A DNA stretch of 64,000 nucleotides from Octopus vulgaris. Lineage: Eukaryota. The notes under the pieces are model-generated. The model was not told where the DNA came from. It searched no databases and worked only from the letters and a program-made list of their open reading frames with translations. The position numbers were made by a program, and so were the translations under genes. The number at the start of each line of letters is the position of its first letter. Position 1 is the first letter of the stretch. Below, one piece after another: positions 28,814 to 41,427 of the stretch. The DNA is taken from contig OX597823.1 of the NCBI GenBank assembly GCA_951406725.2, positions 8,246,001 to 8,310,000 on the forward strand, given 5' to 3'.

Positions 28814-29098
28814 TTTGTTTGTTCCTTCTCGAGCCATGTCTGGTTCATAAGGGCCGGTTTCCCGGTTTCCTTGGCGTATAGGTTCCCCACCTGGACGGAA
28901 CGCTGGTGAGCTGCAAGATGCAGGAGGAAAGAGTGAGAGAAAGTTATGGCGAAAGAGTCAGCAGAAGTTCGCCATTACCTTCTGCCGGAGCCGCGTGGAG
29001 CTTAGGTGTTTTCGCTCATAAACACACACATCACCCGGTCTGAGATTCGAACCCGCGATCCCTCGACCGCGAGTCCGCTGCTCTAACCACTAGACCAT
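28814..29098 (-). mobile_element. SINE related to family B, third tail variant
   Basis: Head tctagtggttagagcagcggactcgcggtcgagggatcgcgggttcgaatc; body gagcgaaaacacctaagctccacg; (aaac)n tail. Confidence 0.85.
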
Positions 29099-30796
29099 AG
29101 GATAAATTTGACAAAAACTCCTTGTCCAGCAGTCACAAGTTTCTTTTGTTGAATCGCATCATATTTCACGCGTTACTAAGCCAGTTATTCATTAAGATAC
29201 ATTCGTTAGATGCATCTAGCAGTTAAGATACCATTCGTTAAGCGCATTTGGTAGTTGAAGAATCTATGAATAGAAAACCTTACAATCAAATGCAGCTCAA
29301 ACATCAAGGTGATGGTATACAAAGTGCGCAACTAAATACTTAGGGTACTGATTTCGTCAGGTAAAATCCTGAGCCGTTGGGAAGAAACATCTTGGTTGTA
29401 TAAAAGAAAATGGCGTTCATTAAACATATACCTGATCATTTCCGACTACATAACGCATAAATACCCAAGGTTCTGAACTTGCCACTACGAAATTCGATAC
29501 TTAAAATAAAGTACACACAGTGAGCATATTTTCTGCGTTCTTCTTCATCGAGTTGATCGTTTTCCCAAGCGCGAATCGTTTGTATGCAGATAATGAGGAG
29601 ACACTCTTGCGTTAGCCCTGCGAACGGATCAACTATATAGAGACGATGAAGAGATACAACGCGTTTAATACAGGGTTACAAAATATAGCTACAACTAGAA
29701 CAAACCATTTGAAGGCTGTTAACTGTGATATCTCACGAAAGAACCCGTTATTCATTGCATTATGGTTTCTTAATTAACTAACAAACTAAAGAGAAGTTGG
29801 TATCCGATTTTATTCACTTGACACTGATCCTTTCGCGTTTTGCTTTTGCATTGACGCAGCTTTGATAAGAGACAAGTAAATTTCAAAGGCGATAGAAGAT
29901 ACTGGACCTTGGTCTCTGAGTCCTGTTTGTTCATCATTTCCGGTGTTATATCGACACATATTCTCACAAAGGATACTGTTTATGGCCGTTAATTTTCCTT
30001 TTTGCATCAGAGGAAAAATGGAGTATGTGATAATACATTAATTAGGGATTAATAAGTGTATATGAGATTAATAGATTAATTAGTAAATTAATACAGAGTG
30101 GGAAAATACTGTAGTTTTACAATATAGTTGATGCATTAGTAGTTAAATTACATAGTTGCCCACAAATTAATTTGTAGTCGTCCATATTATGAAACATGGT
30201 GCGTAATGTTTCAAGATGGAAATGCAATACGGATTTTTATAAAACTTGCTCGTGCTGAATCCAAGAATTTTTTTTTATGAAAGAGAGGGATAGCTCGTGA
30301 CCGTTGGAACCCACTAAGTCCTAAACAGTGTATACGGGTGTGGAAGATTAAGTAATTTTTGAAAAAATCTGAAATTACAGCAATGTAAGAACATCTACAA
30401 ATTATGGTACTTTCATTGGATGGTATTTTTCACATCGAAGAACCTCGTGCTGTGTTTGAAGACAATTAAAAATGAGGAATTTATAGAGTTGTATCTGGAT
30501 CATTTTCATAATCCATAGTAACGAGATGCTACGCTAAATATTTTATAATTTGGAATCGGTTTTTGACCTTTGAGCGTATGATCTACTCTTTCCAAAGGTC
30601 AGTCATTACATGGTTATAATTGACAGATGAATGAAAGATTCTTTATGGTTGCCTTATGAAATAAATGAAGATTACAACATCTTACACTTCCCATATTCAT
30701 ATATGTACACACACACGCACATATGCATATGACTACCTCTGTCTACTTACACAATTCTATGTAACACGTGCTCCTTTTTCAAAAGTCTTTATTTAG

Positions 30797-31318
30797 AACC
30801 AGGTAACTGAAGCAACCAAGTAACTGGTATAACCAGATAACAGAATAAATAACTAGGGTAACTAGGTAACAGAATTAACTAGATAATAAAAGTAACCAGA
30901 TAATTCAAGTAGCTCGGTAATTGAGGTAATTAGGTAAGTGAAGTACTTAGATAACAAATAAGTACATAACTGAGGTAACTAATCACTGCGGTAACTAAGG
31001 TAATCAAGATAACCAGGTAACTAGGTAACTGAGATGCCCAGGTTACTGAGGCAAGAAGTTAACTGAAGTAGCCAGGTAAGTGAGCCCAGTATATAACTAA
31101 GGTATCTAGGTATCTTGGTAATTGAAGCAAATACATAACTGAGGTAAGCTGCTAAGATAGCCAGGAAACTGAGGTAATCAGGTATCGAAATTACCTGGTT
31201 ACTAAAGCAGCCAGGTAACGGAGGTAACTAAGTAAACTGATGACTGAGATAACCAGGTAACTAATGTACCCAGGTAAATAACGTAACTTGACAACAGAGG
31301 CGCTCAGGTAATTGAGAT
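30797..31318 (+). repeat. Degenerate 8/9-bp minisatellite (aggtaact[g] / aggtaacc)
   Basis: Dozens of RGRTAAY words, with an approximate 17-bp higher-order unit aggtaactg-aggtaacc. Confidence 0.85.
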
Positions 31319-31894
31319 CTACTCATGTTAGGCCAGAGGAAAAAGCTAAAGATTAAATGCAAATACACAATGCTTATCTACTCAGACACTGACTTACTCT
31401 CGTGCCTAAGATAACGGTGATGAAAATAATAATGAAAAAACGAAGAGAGCAGAAGACAAGAAAAAACCCCAGAAAATATTAAATAGCAATAAGAAAAGCA
31501 ACATTTAGTAAATGAAATTCTTTCATATATTTCTTTTTGTTTCATTTTTATCTTCATATATCGTGATTTGACGTAAATAATACTTAATATTCTATGTTTG
31601 GCTTATCGCAAGTAATAAATATTGGAGTTGTATGATAATATTAAGCAGACACTTGTAAGTAGTAGCACAGTTTCGTACTATGAATTCCAGTCACAGAAGT
31701 CAATTAAATTAAGGCTCTGTTACTTACGTGTATCATCGAATTTACCAATCCTTAGTACTGTCTACTTGCGATGCACTGCTTACTGGTAGTAGCAAGTTCT
31801 ATTATGCTTTTTGGAGACAACCAAACATTAATTGAATTCCTTTAACTAATCCATTTGTTCCATAACAACGACGTCACCCTTAGTAATTTGGTGT

Positions 31895-31957
<63 letters not shown>

Positions 31958-32496
31958 TTTCTACTTTCTCTCCTCCTGCTTTCGTTTCTTTTTGTACTAA
32001 ACAACATTGACCTAACAGTTTTTACACCACTAAAGTCTTTAGCAAAAGGTATGAACATATCAACTTCCCACTCTTATTAATATTAATTTTTCTCTTTAAT
32101 GTAACCAAGTTCAATCAACTAATTACCAGGTATGTTACTCATTTTATCGATCTCAGCGTCGGCTAAGGTTTGTGAAGCAAGATATATGCAGTTCGTCCCA
32201 CTTTGAAGTTGACACCTTGCTTCGTACAATAAGCTGTAAATTTAAAGTGAGCCACAATGACAAAGGAGTCACGGTTCCTAGTTAATGCGGCTTCTCTTAA
32301 GTTATTAACACAATTAGGAGGATTACGAGCATAGCAACCGAATTCCTACTGACTTCCTATATAAACGGGCAATTTAAGAATAATTAAAAAATACTCTGTG
32401 GGGCCTGTACTCTACTTGCCTGGTAGTACTTACGTTTGAAGTTCCATTTCACTGAAATCAACTTTGCCTTTCATACTTCCAGAATTTGTGAAAACG

Positions 32497-32685
32497 TGCG
32501 GTCTGTAGTTAGAGTGTTCGGCTTATGACCCTAAGGTTATGGATTCAATTTCTGAAGCCATTTAGTTTATGTTGCATCCGTTTTATCAGCTGTAAATGAG
32601 CGCCAGTCAGTTCCTGGTGCAGTCGTCTTTCCCTCAGGCTACGACATCATGGTTAATGTGCTGGTGTATCTCAGGAAACGTAGTT
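32497..32685 (+). mobile_element. Old degraded tRNA/CORE-like SINE
   Basis: gtagttagagtgttcggct...ggattcaatt head, then tcagctgtaaatgag. Confidence 0.45.
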
Positions 32686-32694
32686 TTGGTCTAA

Positions 32695-33194
32695 TATAGA
32701 GCGGCGACAACAGTGTAACGCCGTTAGTAGGAGATGTTGGGAAGGTGAAACGGGACAATGAAGTATAGTATCAGAATAAAAAAGGGGACACTAAGCGAAG
32801 AGAAGATAAGAGGAATCAAAGCACTTATGAACAAGACAGGAGTAAATGAGCAAAAGAAAGTAAAAGCTGAGGCTATGTGAAGGGAATTTAAAGGTGAGGG
32901 GGACTTTCTGCATTGTCCCAAAACTGCTTCGAGGGTTTCCCAACAGTTCATGTAATCTATTAAAATCTAACCCTTTCACACAACCTCAGCTTTCTATTTT
33001 TTCTTTTTCATTTCTCGATTGTTACTTTTTTTACTTTCATTCATTTTCTCCTCTCTTGTTCATAAGTGCTTTAACTTATATTAACTTCTCTTAACTTAGC
33101 TTAGTGTCCTCTGTTTTATTCTAATACTTCACTCCTCTCATCCCTTTCACATTTCCAGCCTCTCCTACTAACAGCGTTACCATGTTGTCTCTAT
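32695..33194. mobile_element. Old foldback MITE (imperfect long inverted repeat)
   Basis: gacaacagtgtaacgccgttagtaggaga vs tctcctactaacagcgttaccatgttgtc; aaagcacttatgaacaaga vs tcttgttcataagtgcttt; aaagctgagg vs cctcagcttt. Confidence 0.75.
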
Positions 33195-33478
33195 ACTACT
33201 TCGTTATTGTTACACTAGGACATGAATGAGGTGACTAAGACGGTAATTATGTCTGCTCGTGACCACAAAGGCGCCTAAAGCAATTTGGGAAAATATGCTG
33301 CAGGTAACCAAGCTATATTCGCTTGCGCGTGATTGCTGTTTGTACTAATAATTTATAAAATAAGTACGAATTTAGTTCTGGAGTGCATGTGCAAGAAATA
33401 ATAATCATTAATCTTTGAATATTTCTAACATTTTCCTTTGTCAAATACTCAACTGTCACTGATCCTACCCTATAAATA

Positions 33479-34258
33479 CAGGGCGATTCAAAAGTCGTCA
33501 TACATAGGAATGATTTATTTTTTTATAAGAAACAGTTTATAAGAAGTTTCTTTTTTATTTTTATTTAACAGGCTCTATATGGTTACGGTTGTCTGAATAC
33601 CCATTGCAATACGTTTACCCCACGCACTGTAAACATCGTAATAGCATATCTGGTGATAGATGTGCAAATGAGTTTGTGATACGTTCCTTCAAATAATTTG
33701 TCTTTTGTCTTTCCGCGATACACCATGCCTTTCAAATGCCCCCAAAGATAGAAATCAAGAGGGGCTTAAATCAGGGGATCTATAAACTGTTTACTCTTAC
33801 TCTTATTTACTCCTTTTACACGTTTCAATCATTTGACTGCGGCCATGCTGGAGCACCGCCTTTAGTCGAGCAAATCGACCCCGGGACTTATTCTTTGTAA
33901 GCCCAGTACTTATTCTATCGGTCTCTTTTGCCGAACCGCTAAGTGACGGGGACGTAAACACACCAGCATTGGTTGTCAAGCAATGCTAGGGGGACAAACA
34001 CACACACACACATACATATATATATATACATATATACGACAGGCTTCTTTCAGTTTCCGTCTACCAAATCCACTCACAAGGCATTGGTCGGCCCGGGGCT
34101 ATAGGAGAAGACACTTGCCCAAGATGCCACGCAGTGGGACTGAACCCGGAACCATGTGGTTGGTAAGCAAGCTACTTACCACACAGCCACTCCTGCGCCT
34201 CCTGTTTCTTAATAAAAAAATTAATTTTTCTTATATATGGAGACCTTTGAATCACCTG
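33479..34258 (-). mobile_element. Internally deleted Tc1/maT-like transposon with ~60-bp TIRs and TA TSD
   Basis: TA|cagggcgattcaaaagtc... and ...gacctttgaatcacctg|TA; minus-strand RSPDLSP(L)DFYLWGHLKGMVY...LKERIT. Confidence 0.85.
33793..34199 (-). mobile_element. SINE family A inserted in the TIR of the Tc1-like element
   Basis: Full-length copy; ctgttt duplicated at 33787-33792 and 34202-34207. Confidence 0.92.
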
Positions 34259-35471
34259 TAGATTCAGGTGATTAAATATCTCAGTATTTCAAATATGTTA
34301 TTGTTAGTGCAGTTATAATTTTTCATTTAATGACGAACAAATTTTAATATCTGCTTTTACTATATGATTCTATAGTCAAAAGGTGACTAATTAATGTAAG
34401 TGGACATAATTCCGATCTGGATTTGAACTAGGAATCTGAATATCAAAAGTAAGGCAGTGAAATGGCTTACTTTCACTGTCTTACTTTCAAGACACTTTGT
34501 TAAATACCGAGTCTAGTTGTCAAACGACTGTTGTATACTTTGGTTGTTGTATAGTCTTTTGTAGACTTATTGTGCGGTCGATAATTTGATGGTTGATTTG
34601 GTGATTTATTTTATGCTACCTTCAACGATATTATAGCTCATTTCAACGAAATTGAACTGAAGTCTGTGTTGGCTTTACTGATTAGGTTTTCCCCGTGTTC
34701 TATATGTACTTTCTCCTTAGTTCTCACATTTATTTTTGTGTATCTTCATTGCCACCTACTCCAACGAAAGATATACTTCCAGCCATAATCGAATAGGCAG
34801 ATGCGTCTATCCGACAGCACACCAACGCAGTCCAGTCAGGAGAGAAAAGAAATAATTTCGGTCTTGATCAAAATCTCTATCTGACAATGACAGATCGATA
34901 TTGCTTTGGAATGCGTATTTAGAATGAGAAAGAAATCTAAATTAATCTCCCTAATATCGTTATCAAATACAGACAGAGAGGTCTCTTGTACTCTCATAGA
35001 TACATTGCTCCCTTTTGAGAAAAGAAATGCCGACCAAAACAGAAGAATAATCAAATTTCAAAATCGAAACAAATAAGCCACGAGATATGATAGTCAATGC
35101 TGTATCAATATAATTGATTCTCTAGATGTGATAAAAATGAACAAAAACAAAAGAAATAAAAAGTAGCCGTCGACTAGGTATCACATTATTGGGCATATCA
35201 CAGTCTCCATAGGACCATTCTGATACAATTAAAAAAGAACAATAAACTGACACTTGATACAAATGAATCATTAAGAATAGTAATTAGCAACAACCCAACC
35301 ATAAAGCATATTTCTCGATGCTTCTACCTTTGCGTTCAAACATTCTCGCTGGTAAGATTAAACCTTTTAATTTGGATGGATGAACATTGGGAGGTTGTTG
35401 TAGTGTAGTTGGTAGCTCGTTTACCTGGATTGCAAATGATGCATTGTTCAATTCTGTTTGGCCTATTTTCT

Positions 35472-36065
35472 TATCTCTTATTTCTTTATTGCCCACATGG
35501 GGCTACACACAGAGGGGACAAACAAAGGCAGACAAAGGGTTTAAGTCGATTATATCGACCCCAGTGCGTAACTGGTACTTAATTTATCGACCCCCAGAGG
35601 ATGAAAGGCAAAGTCGACCTCGGCGGAATTTGAACTCACAACGTAACGGCAGACGAAATACCTATTTCTTTACTACCCACAAGGGGCTAAACACAGAGAA
35701 GACAAACGATGACAGACAAACGGATTAAGTCGATTATATCGACCCCAGTGCGTAACCGGTACTTATTTAATCGACTCTGAAAGGATGAAAGGCATAGTCG
35801 ACCTCGGCGGAATTTGAACTGAGAACGTAACGGCAGACGAAATACCTATTTCTTTACTACCCACAAAGGGCTAAACACAGAGAGGACAAACGGATTAAGT
35901 CGATTATATCGACCCCAGTGCGTAACCGGTACTTATTTAATCGACTCTGAAAAGATAAAAGGCAAAGTCGACCTCGGCGGAATTTGAACTCAGAACGTAA
36001 CAGCAGCCGAAATACCTGTAAGCATTTTGCTCGGCGTGATAACGTTTTTGCCAGCTCGCTGCCTT
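35472..36065 (-). mobile_element. Meta/MESC-type SINE family C, one head plus three tandem body units
   Basis: Junction gaaatacctatttc at 35655 and 35839 (184-bp period); flanks tggcctattttct / tgacctattttct. Confidence 0.9.
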
Positions 36066-36782
36066 AACTGACCTATTTTCTGGCCTATTTTCTGCCGGAA
36101 ATGTTCTAACCCAGTGTAATATATAAGCTTCCACTTTTAGCTGAATTCGTTTCGAGATACGTCGTTGATAAAAATTCTATTAATTAAAACAAACTTACAT
36201 ACAAATGAGGATTACATAAACTAGAAATGGAGCCTCCTCATAATGTTTTGGTCTGTTAGACCCAGCAGTTCACTCGCTATCAAATATTATTATTGACATT
36301 GAATATAGGTAGATTGTTTTGATTATGGTTTTGTTCGATCAAGGTCGAATTAGTGCTGGACGACGATGACGGCGACAGCAACAAAAAGAACCAAACAGTC
36401 TCTAAGTGGTTACACAGTCTATTGGAAACAGCATCCAAATTTCCGTTAAATTATACTCTACTGTCTTTGAAAAGTTAGCACACATTGGCTGATTTAGTAC
36501 CGGGCATGATAGGCTTAAAAAACCAAAGAACAAAAAGAAAACAAGCAGGATGATTACGGGTCGAACACTTTTGAACGTAAGTCTGCTAAATCAGCGCTAC
36601 CGGTGGTGGGGGTGGGAGTGTGTGGGTGTTTAAGGACGTAAAACTATAGCTGCTGTTATGATGAGAATGTCGAATACGAAATACTACAAGTATAATAAAG
36701 TTCCTTCTAAAATTATAGGACTGAAAAATTCTTTAGAGAGAGAAAATACACAGTGAAGAATTACACGTTCTTCTTAATGATA

Positions 36783-37173
36783 TCTTTATATATAAAAGAG
36801 AAGTTGTGTGTCTGTCTCCTATGATTTAGATTCCTAACTACTTCCACATTTTGCGGTGCAGTTTAACCAAAACTGGGTATCTTATAGTCGTGATTCATAT
36901 CGAGCCCTTCTGGGTATTAGCGCATGTCTACGATGAGTCTACGATTAAAAATAAATTACCATCATTTTTTCCATTTTAATGCATTTTTTTCGCTATTATA
37001 TAAGGGAAGTAACTCTCTAAAATGTCTACGATGAGTCAACGATTTAAAAAAAATTTACCATTTTTTTTCCATTTTTAATGCATGTTTTTGCTATTTTTTG
37101 GCTATAACTCTCTAAAAATGCTTATATGGTTATTTCCCTTACAAACCCGAGCAACGCCGGGCGATACTGCTAG
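36783..37173 (+). mobile_element. Non-autonomous Helitron with an internal ~95-bp duplication
   Basis: A|TC ... hairpin ... CTAG|T; tgtctacgatgagtc...taactctctaaaa present twice. Confidence 0.9.
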
Positions 37174-37237
37174 TTAGAGATGAAACAAAAATAAAATAGA
37201 CACAAAGGCTCCTTATTACAGTCATCAGTAATAGTTT

Positions 37238-37410
37238 ACTGTTGATGTTTAGCCCCAGGTAGGCTCGAATTGAGAAAAAAGCTATGATCAACATCTCTCC
37301 ATTTATGACCCGCTAGAACTATGTTGTTCAATGTGTCTGATTTTTTAAAGATGGCAAGGTGAGGTTTAAGGAAGATTTGGTTGCTATTTCTAGTAGATTG
37401 ATCGTCCTCA
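37238..37410 (+). repeat. Ancient dispersed repeat (other copies ~36400-36640 minus, 38430-39100, 39570-39770, 43590-43660, 57480-57665, 58390-58552)
   Basis: Shared decayed consensus aagacggtagggtgtg...gggagatttggctgctatttctagcaggtcgagcgacca..agaggctcc. Confidence 0.6.
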
Positions 37411-37748
37411 CTGGATCGATATCAACGCTCAATATGACATTGTGACGTTTATAAGAGGCATCGCAGTTGTTGTTAACTGTCACAAGATTTCAACTTCTCA
37501 CTACTACTGACTTGACTATCATCAACGGATTGCACGTTGCCACAAACGTATGGCGTCTTAAGCATTGTCTGGGCATCGATTAGATAAATAAATAAATAAA
37601 TAAATAAATAAATGAAGAAATGAAGAAAGAGAGAAAGCAGCGACTGATTAGGCCCTTATTATTGTTGTTATCGTATTTTCAACTGTTTGATAATTCATTT
37701 GAATATTTTAATAATTCATTAAAAAAATAAACAATAACAACAACATCA

Positions 37749-37846
<98 letters not shown>

Positions 37847-38525
37847 CACTACTACGACGACGACGACGACGACGAAATCAATATAGTGTGCAACAGTTAA
37901 TTTTCATGTTGTAATTATTTCAAAATATTTTTTTTGAAGTTATTCGTTATTTCTTTATTTTGTTTTTTTTTTCTCGTTTTATTTTTTTTCATTTTATTTT
38001 CTAGTATTTCGTTCTGAATTAATCACTAAGTTATGATGTGCAAGAATGAAAAAACAAAAAGAAAAGACAAAGAAAAAAAAACTGTAACAAAACAAACCTT
38101 GCCACAAAATAAAATATAAAATAAACTCGCAATGCCATTCCTCTGAATACCCTGCTTGATTTCGAGTTTAAGGCAGACAGTATATCTCCATAAATCAATA
38201 TTAATTGACTGGAAACAAAATAACACCTAGAGAAAATGACCTGGCCTCTTAAAATAATCTTTTAAGGTCAAACTATCAATGGCTATCTTCAAAGTGTATT
38301 TTCTTATCAGTTCATAGAAATTGGTCAATATTTTACAACCACCGAGCCAGAATGTAATGGTGTCTTCTTGAGAGGGATAGTGGCTGGTCGTGATGTTTCC
38401 TTCCGGATAGGCACTATGACTTCTGTTATTGTTGTTGTGTAGCTCTTATTGAGTAAACACGTCACCAAAATAGTTTCAGCTGTGAGCATCATGTCTTTTC
38501 TTCCGAGACGTAGGTTTAAATTACT

Positions 38526-38989
38526 GGATCTTTTCGGTTTGAACGGCAGTTTTTTTTAAATAATTTCCACGTAAACTTCGTATACTGGTAGAATGTGTTT
38601 ATAAAACATCTTTTTCTCATGGCTTTATTGAGAAAATTCTATAGTTTGTAAGATATTTGTTTTTTTCTTCAATTTCTGCAATTTCAACCAATCAATGACG
38701 TCTATTGAGGTGAAAACATTCTGTGCCGTATGAATATGTCCCTCGTTTAAGAAACAGATTGGGTTTATTTACATTTCTGAAGAAAACAGATACCCTTCCC
38801 CCACCCTAACCCTAACCCTAACCTTAACCCTTGCCCTAACCCTTACCCTAACCCTAACCCTAACTAACCCTAACTAAGCCTAACCCTAAAACAGATTGAA
38901 ATGCAATAGATCGATACTACGGTCATAATTATGGGTGACGATTTCATATGACACCGCTAGAAAAACTGCCGTTCAAACCGAAAATGTCC
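38526..38989. mobile_element. MITE with 29-bp GG...CC TIRs and internal (CCCTAA)n; Merlin-like (tentative)
   Basis: ggatcttttcggtttgaacggcagttttt / aaaaactgccgttcaaaccgaaaatgtcc; TSD aattact (38519-38525 / 38990-38996); telomeric repeats 38804-38889. Confidence 0.8.
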
Positions 38990-39827
38990 AATTACTCAAT
39001 GTATATTTCCGTTTTCTAAGACAGTAAAGTGTTGTTTGCGAGAGATTTGATTTCTGTCTTTAGCAAGTCGAATAATCATAGGGTTCCCTCGTGGTCTCGT
39101 CTGTAAATGTTACATGTGTTAAATTAACATTCTACTAAAGAGAGCTTTGTATCTCATCCACTTACTGTTATGGAATATTGAGATAAAAGGATGCCACTTG
39201 CTCCCTTAAATTTTGAGAAATAATTATTTGGAAATCAAGATTTTACTAAGTACTCTATTTTGCTTTATACAGAAACATGATACATGCATTTTATACACAC
39301 TAACACATTTATACATAACTGGTTATGGCTTTTGGAAGATTTAAACCAAAGTATAGTCACTTACACGCATCTTCATGGATATTTGCAATATCCATGATTT
39401 ATTTACACGTCCAGCTTATGTGTATTTATAGAACCTGTGATGCGGGTATGATGCGGGTATAGTGCAGTTGAGAATAAGAATTAACGTTTTGAAAGTAATT
39501 TTGTATATGAATATGAATTGCTTATAAATCCGTTCTTTTTAAAAAATACATTTCTTGCTTCTATCTAATCTCAGTGCCACCATGATCGAGTAAATCTATG
39601 ATCAAATTATTCCAGATCTTACCAATCTGTTATTTTACGGGTATGTATGACTATCATGCCTAATGTGCCCGTTCCTATATATATAAAATGATAGGGTGTA
39701 ATTGAGGGAAGATTTGGCTGTCGTTTCTTATATGTTGAGCAATTACATAGAGGTTCACTTGTTGTGTAGCTCTTTCAATGCTATAAAACGTAACATTTTA
39801 ATATCCATCACTGCTCTTTATACAGTA

Positions 39828-40225
39828 CTAGCAGTATCGTCCGGGGTTGCTCGGGTTTGTAAGGGAAATAACTATATAAGCATTTTTAGAGATGTAAAGT
39901 ATAATAGCCATCTCAATATGGTTAACCACAAAGGGGGGGGTTGTTACTGTAGCTTTTTACGTTCTGAGATTTAATAATAAAGTTTTAGAGAGTTACTTCC
40001 CTTATATATGCCAAAAATGCATTAAAAATAGGAAAAATTGATGGTAAATTTGTTTTTAAATCGTAGACTCATCGTAGACGCACGCTAATACCCAGAAGGG
40101 CTCGATATGAATCACGACTATAAGATACCTGCTTTTGGTTAAACTGCACCGCAAAATGTGGGAGTAGTTAGGAATCTAAATCGTAGTAGACAGACAGCAC
40201 ACAACCTCACTTTTATATATAAAGA
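39828..40225 (-). mobile_element. Non-autonomous Helitron
   Basis: Reverse complement of the 14686-15081 type; TC/CTAG ends in A|T. Confidence 0.9.
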
Positions 40226-41427
40226 TTTTCCCAGAACATTTAGAGTAAGCGTACCGTTTTCCTTGAATGATACTTGAACGAGTTATAGTTCAAATGTATA
40301 ATCCGATCATAAATGAATTTTCAGTGAGAGCTAAAACTGCTTAGTAATGTAATATATTTTGCTTAATATTGTCGAAAATTTATATATTTTACTTGTCGTG
40401 GAGGCTTTTAAAAATCATTTAGATCTAATAATTACCTATTTTTATTTCTTAGCTCACCTTGTTGAAAAGTAGGTAGGATTTGAACGTGGTAATGTTAGCT
40501 CTTTTTTCTCACCATTTATAACGTAAATAAACTGAATAAATTTCCCCCATAAGCGTGTCTTATTAACACACACACACACACACACACATTTTCTAACTCA
40601 TCATAGAGTGTATGAAGTAATTGATTCTACATAAGAAAGTATTTCTAGCCGTGAACTAAAACAATTTTGTAGTCACAACAGACCACACGCAAGTTTAACA
40701 TCTGAAGAATCACAATTTCAACATAATTGGATCTCATTACCTTTGTTATAGAACAACAAACTTTCTCTCTTTCAGACTAATTATCTCTAGGATAGATTGA
40801 ATATTCAGAATAACTTTTCTGGTAGTAATTAGTGTACGAGGAAAATTAAATTACATGCCATAGAACATACAAATGAATTAATTCTATATAAGAAAGTATT
40901 TCTAGCCTTGCTCTCAGTAGTATAACTGACAGAGCTTGAGTGGTTTTACTGCACTAAACCTAATGAGATTCAACTCGGTCGAAATTGCGATTGTTTGATT
41001 ACGAGTCTTGCATATCTTATCTAGTTAATTTAACCTCAAAACTGAGTTAAAACTACGAAAAAAAAATATATATACGTTTATTTAATTCATATGTTCTATA
41101 GCGTTAAACGTGTGTCTGATATAAGTTATTATTCATACGGTTATAGTATTTCGGATCATTATCTCTATCGTTATTGATGAAAAACATTTTAATGTTTTGC
41201 ATATGTGCTACGTTTCGATCTGTTTGAATCACTGATCGTCTCGGAATATCTTATCCATGGATTTCTACATAGTACCAAACTGGATTTAAATTCGAATTTT
41301 TAAACTAAATAATGGTAGCACTCATATACCAGCTGGAAAATGACGCATGTAGAGTAAGATAACAGTGTTGCTATTCCTAGGTTTTAATATAAAAACTCTT
41401 AGTTCTTATCATGCCCAGCACTATATT

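Noticed and set aside
28146-29230. Possible inverted repeat around aacgcgtga (28201 vs 29166)
   Set aside because: Only short patchy matches; not distinguishable from chance by eye.
38804-38889. Telomere or chromosome fusion scar
   Set aside because: Short, single orientation, and inside a TIR/TSD-bounded MITE.
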